Source: Paraspadella gotoi (lineage: Eukaryota > Animalia > Chaetognatha). Taken from it: a stretch of DNA of 64,000 nucleotides. Both the position numbers and the translations under genes were made by a program. Below the pieces are notes generated by a model that was given only the letters and a program-made list of their open reading frames with translations, was not told where the DNA came from and did not search any database. Location of the stretch: contig CM119270.1 of assembly GCA_051294375.1 (NCBI GenBank), forward strand, positions 2,294,388 through 2,358,387, read 5' to 3'. Below are positions 61,676 to 64,000 of this stretch, piece by piece; position 1 is the first letter of the stretch; the number at the start of each line of letters is the position of its first letter.

Positions 61676-63497
61676 GTATCATCCTTAATAAGAGAAAACT
61701 AAAAACGATTTTAATGTAAGACCAACTTTTAGAAGATAAATTGCTGTAGATCTGTCACGTATTTTAGATATAGTACTGCTTAGGCAAAAAAACGGGCATG
61801 CTATAGTATAAAACTTTTTTCTTTTTTTCTACTCCTTTACCTTTTCTCTTTTGTAACTTTCTCTCTGTCCCTCTCTTCTCTTGTCTTTCTTCCTTTCTCT
61901 TACTTTTCTCTCTCTCATTAATTATCTGTGTCATCCATTCTTTTACTTCCTTTACCTTATTCCCTTCCGCTCTATCTCTGCTTTTCTCTCCCTCTCTGAT
62001 TCTCATTTCTTCCTTGTTCTTTTTTTTTTTTCTTAATCATTCTCGTTTTTCCTCTTCTTCTCATATAATTTTTTTTTCCACTTGTTCTCCCTCTCCCTGC
62101 CCCTTTTTTTACCCATACTCTGGGCTTCTTCTTATCTTTTTCTCCTCTCAATAATTTTCAAATCTTTCGAAATAGTATTGTAAGAAAAAAAATTAGCGGT
62201 AGTGCAGATTTAACAGAAGATGGTTGCCTAGCAGAATTTAAAAAATTGACCAGATTTTTTGTTGGAAATTTTTTCCGCAAAAAATTAAGCTTCCCTTACA
62301 TTAAAACTTGAACATCTAGTGTGTTTTCATCTGATGAACTATAAAAATTAGTTAAAAAACGAGTTTTAGTTTTAAAAAAATGCACCTCAACAAAATTAAG
62401 AGTCGGCTTAAAATTTTTTTTACAGCCAAAGTATTGAATTATTTTGCCAATAATTTTTAGGGGTTGGAAGCCTCAGTTAATAGAATATTTTGCTTAGAAT
62501 GTAAGTAAATCAAACTATTTTTGTTTAAACAAATTGGTAATTAAAACTAAAAACTGAGTTTTGACTAGTCAATTTTAAAATTAATTCAAGGCAAAACAAT
62601 AGATTTTCAATTGGAATATGAACTGACTCAGAGGTAGGGAGATAAAAAGGACCCAAAACCGAAATAAAAAATTTTTTCTTAAACCATCTTGTCATGCAAA
62701 TCTCAAGACAAAAGTCAAAATGGACAAAAATGGACATATAATTTTTTATTAAAGTAGAAAAAATGATATTGATTCTTGATTAGAAAATGCTGCAGATGAT
62801 TTCAATTAATCCTTAGTCTAGCCCACTTTGTCTTCGGGTTCTAATTTAATTAATTTTTTAGGAAATATTCTAGCAAAATATTGCAAAAAGTGTTTTTTTT
62901 TACTGAATTCCTCGATAGAAATCACTGCCTCTTCTTCTCTCTCCAAAGTCAATGTAAGAAATAAAGTTGTGATTAATTTAATTGCTGATGAAGACTCATA
63001 ATCATAGAGTTCGAAACTTGTCAATCTCACGAATTAAAAAAAAACTATGTTAACTAGGGATAAGCATCGTTCTAAACTATGGAGTATTTTTAAAATAAAT
63101 TTAGGTATTTGGTACCGATCGATAGGAAATTTAAAATACTATATGCGCTTCAAACCGATCAACTTTCGCTTAAAATCAAACTCGTTTTGATCCAATAAGG
63201 ATTTGAACTATGCGTAGTATTAAGCTTTAAACCGATAAAAGCGATTATGCGCGAACCGGGCCTCATAAAAGAAAATTGAATAAGCAAAGCCCGGAAAAAA
63301 AGGAATTTTTACAAAATTAATCACAAAAATAACATTATTATAACAGAATATGATAGCAATAAAACTATAATTAAAAGATAATGATTGATTATGATAAATT
63401 GATGCAATGAGTAAAATTAATTAAACTAATGACGATGACGATGGTTTAATAATATCCCAAATTTATCATATCTGAATCTTGCTTATTTTATTATAAA

Positions 63498-63885
63498 CAA
63501 GTTTGTTATATCTGCCTACGATAATTTAGCAGTAATCAGCTAAAAAGTATGCTAGTTAGAAAAAAGTATGCAAGTTGGTAAAAAGTATGCAAGTTGGAAA
63601 AAAATATGCATACTTTGAAAAGAGGGTGCATACTTTAAAAAAGTATGCATACTTTAAAAATGTATGCATACTTGAAAAAAGGATGCATAGTTAGAAAAAA
63701 TAGTATGAAAGTTGCAAAAAAGTATGCAAGTTGGAAAAAAGTATGCATACTTGAAAAAGTATGCATACTTGAAACAAGTATACATACTTTGAAAAAATAG
63801 TATGCAAGTTGGAAAAAAAGTATGCATACTTTGAAAAAAGTATGCATACTTTAAAAAAAGTATATATACTTTTTTTAAACTTGCA
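63498..63885 (-). repeat. 3' end of the DINE-1-like family joined to a ~19-20-bp satellite (aaaaaagtatgcatacttt / aagtatgcaagttgg)
   Basis: caagtttg...tctgcctacgataatttagcagtaatcagct followed by about 17 units, many self-complementary (aagtatgcatactt). Confidence 0.7.
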
Positions 63886-64000
63886 NNNNNNNNNNAATTC
63901 TTTTTTTCGATCGAAGTCCTCATTAGATAACCTCTATAATCAGTTTTAAATACGGCCCGGATTGCGCTTAAAAACGGCTTTACCGTGCGATAAACGGACT

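Overview
AT-rich, repeat-dense animal genomic DNA, probably invertebrate (taxon not determinable), from a draft assembly with 100-N scaffold gaps and stretches of indel-rich, raw long-read-like quality. The supplied ORF track is mostly microsatellite noise; the real genes are spliced. (1) A minus-strand multi-exon gene (~46010 to 20382) whose hand-spliced, phase-compatible GT-AG exons encode signal peptide + AxxFL-RR propeptide + Gla-domain-like ECCYEMCSWEERRE motif + Cys-rich/EGF-like segment + LDLa + fibrinogen C-terminal domain. (2) TMTC3-like exons on opposite strands (16339-16701 minus, 14119-14278 plus). (3) Two copies of a 2.1-2.4 kb palindromic element built from regularly spaced (TTAGGG)2 dimers, with the same asymmetric ends in both copies. 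(4) A BEL/Pao retrotransposon, two Gypsy elements (one full length with LTRs, 4-bp TSD and a visible empty site), two solo LTRs, several TIR/MITE elements, a DINE-1/Helentron-like family carrying different satellites, several tandem repeats, and two duplications flanking gaps that look like co-assembled haplotypes. All calls are by eye; no database search was run.
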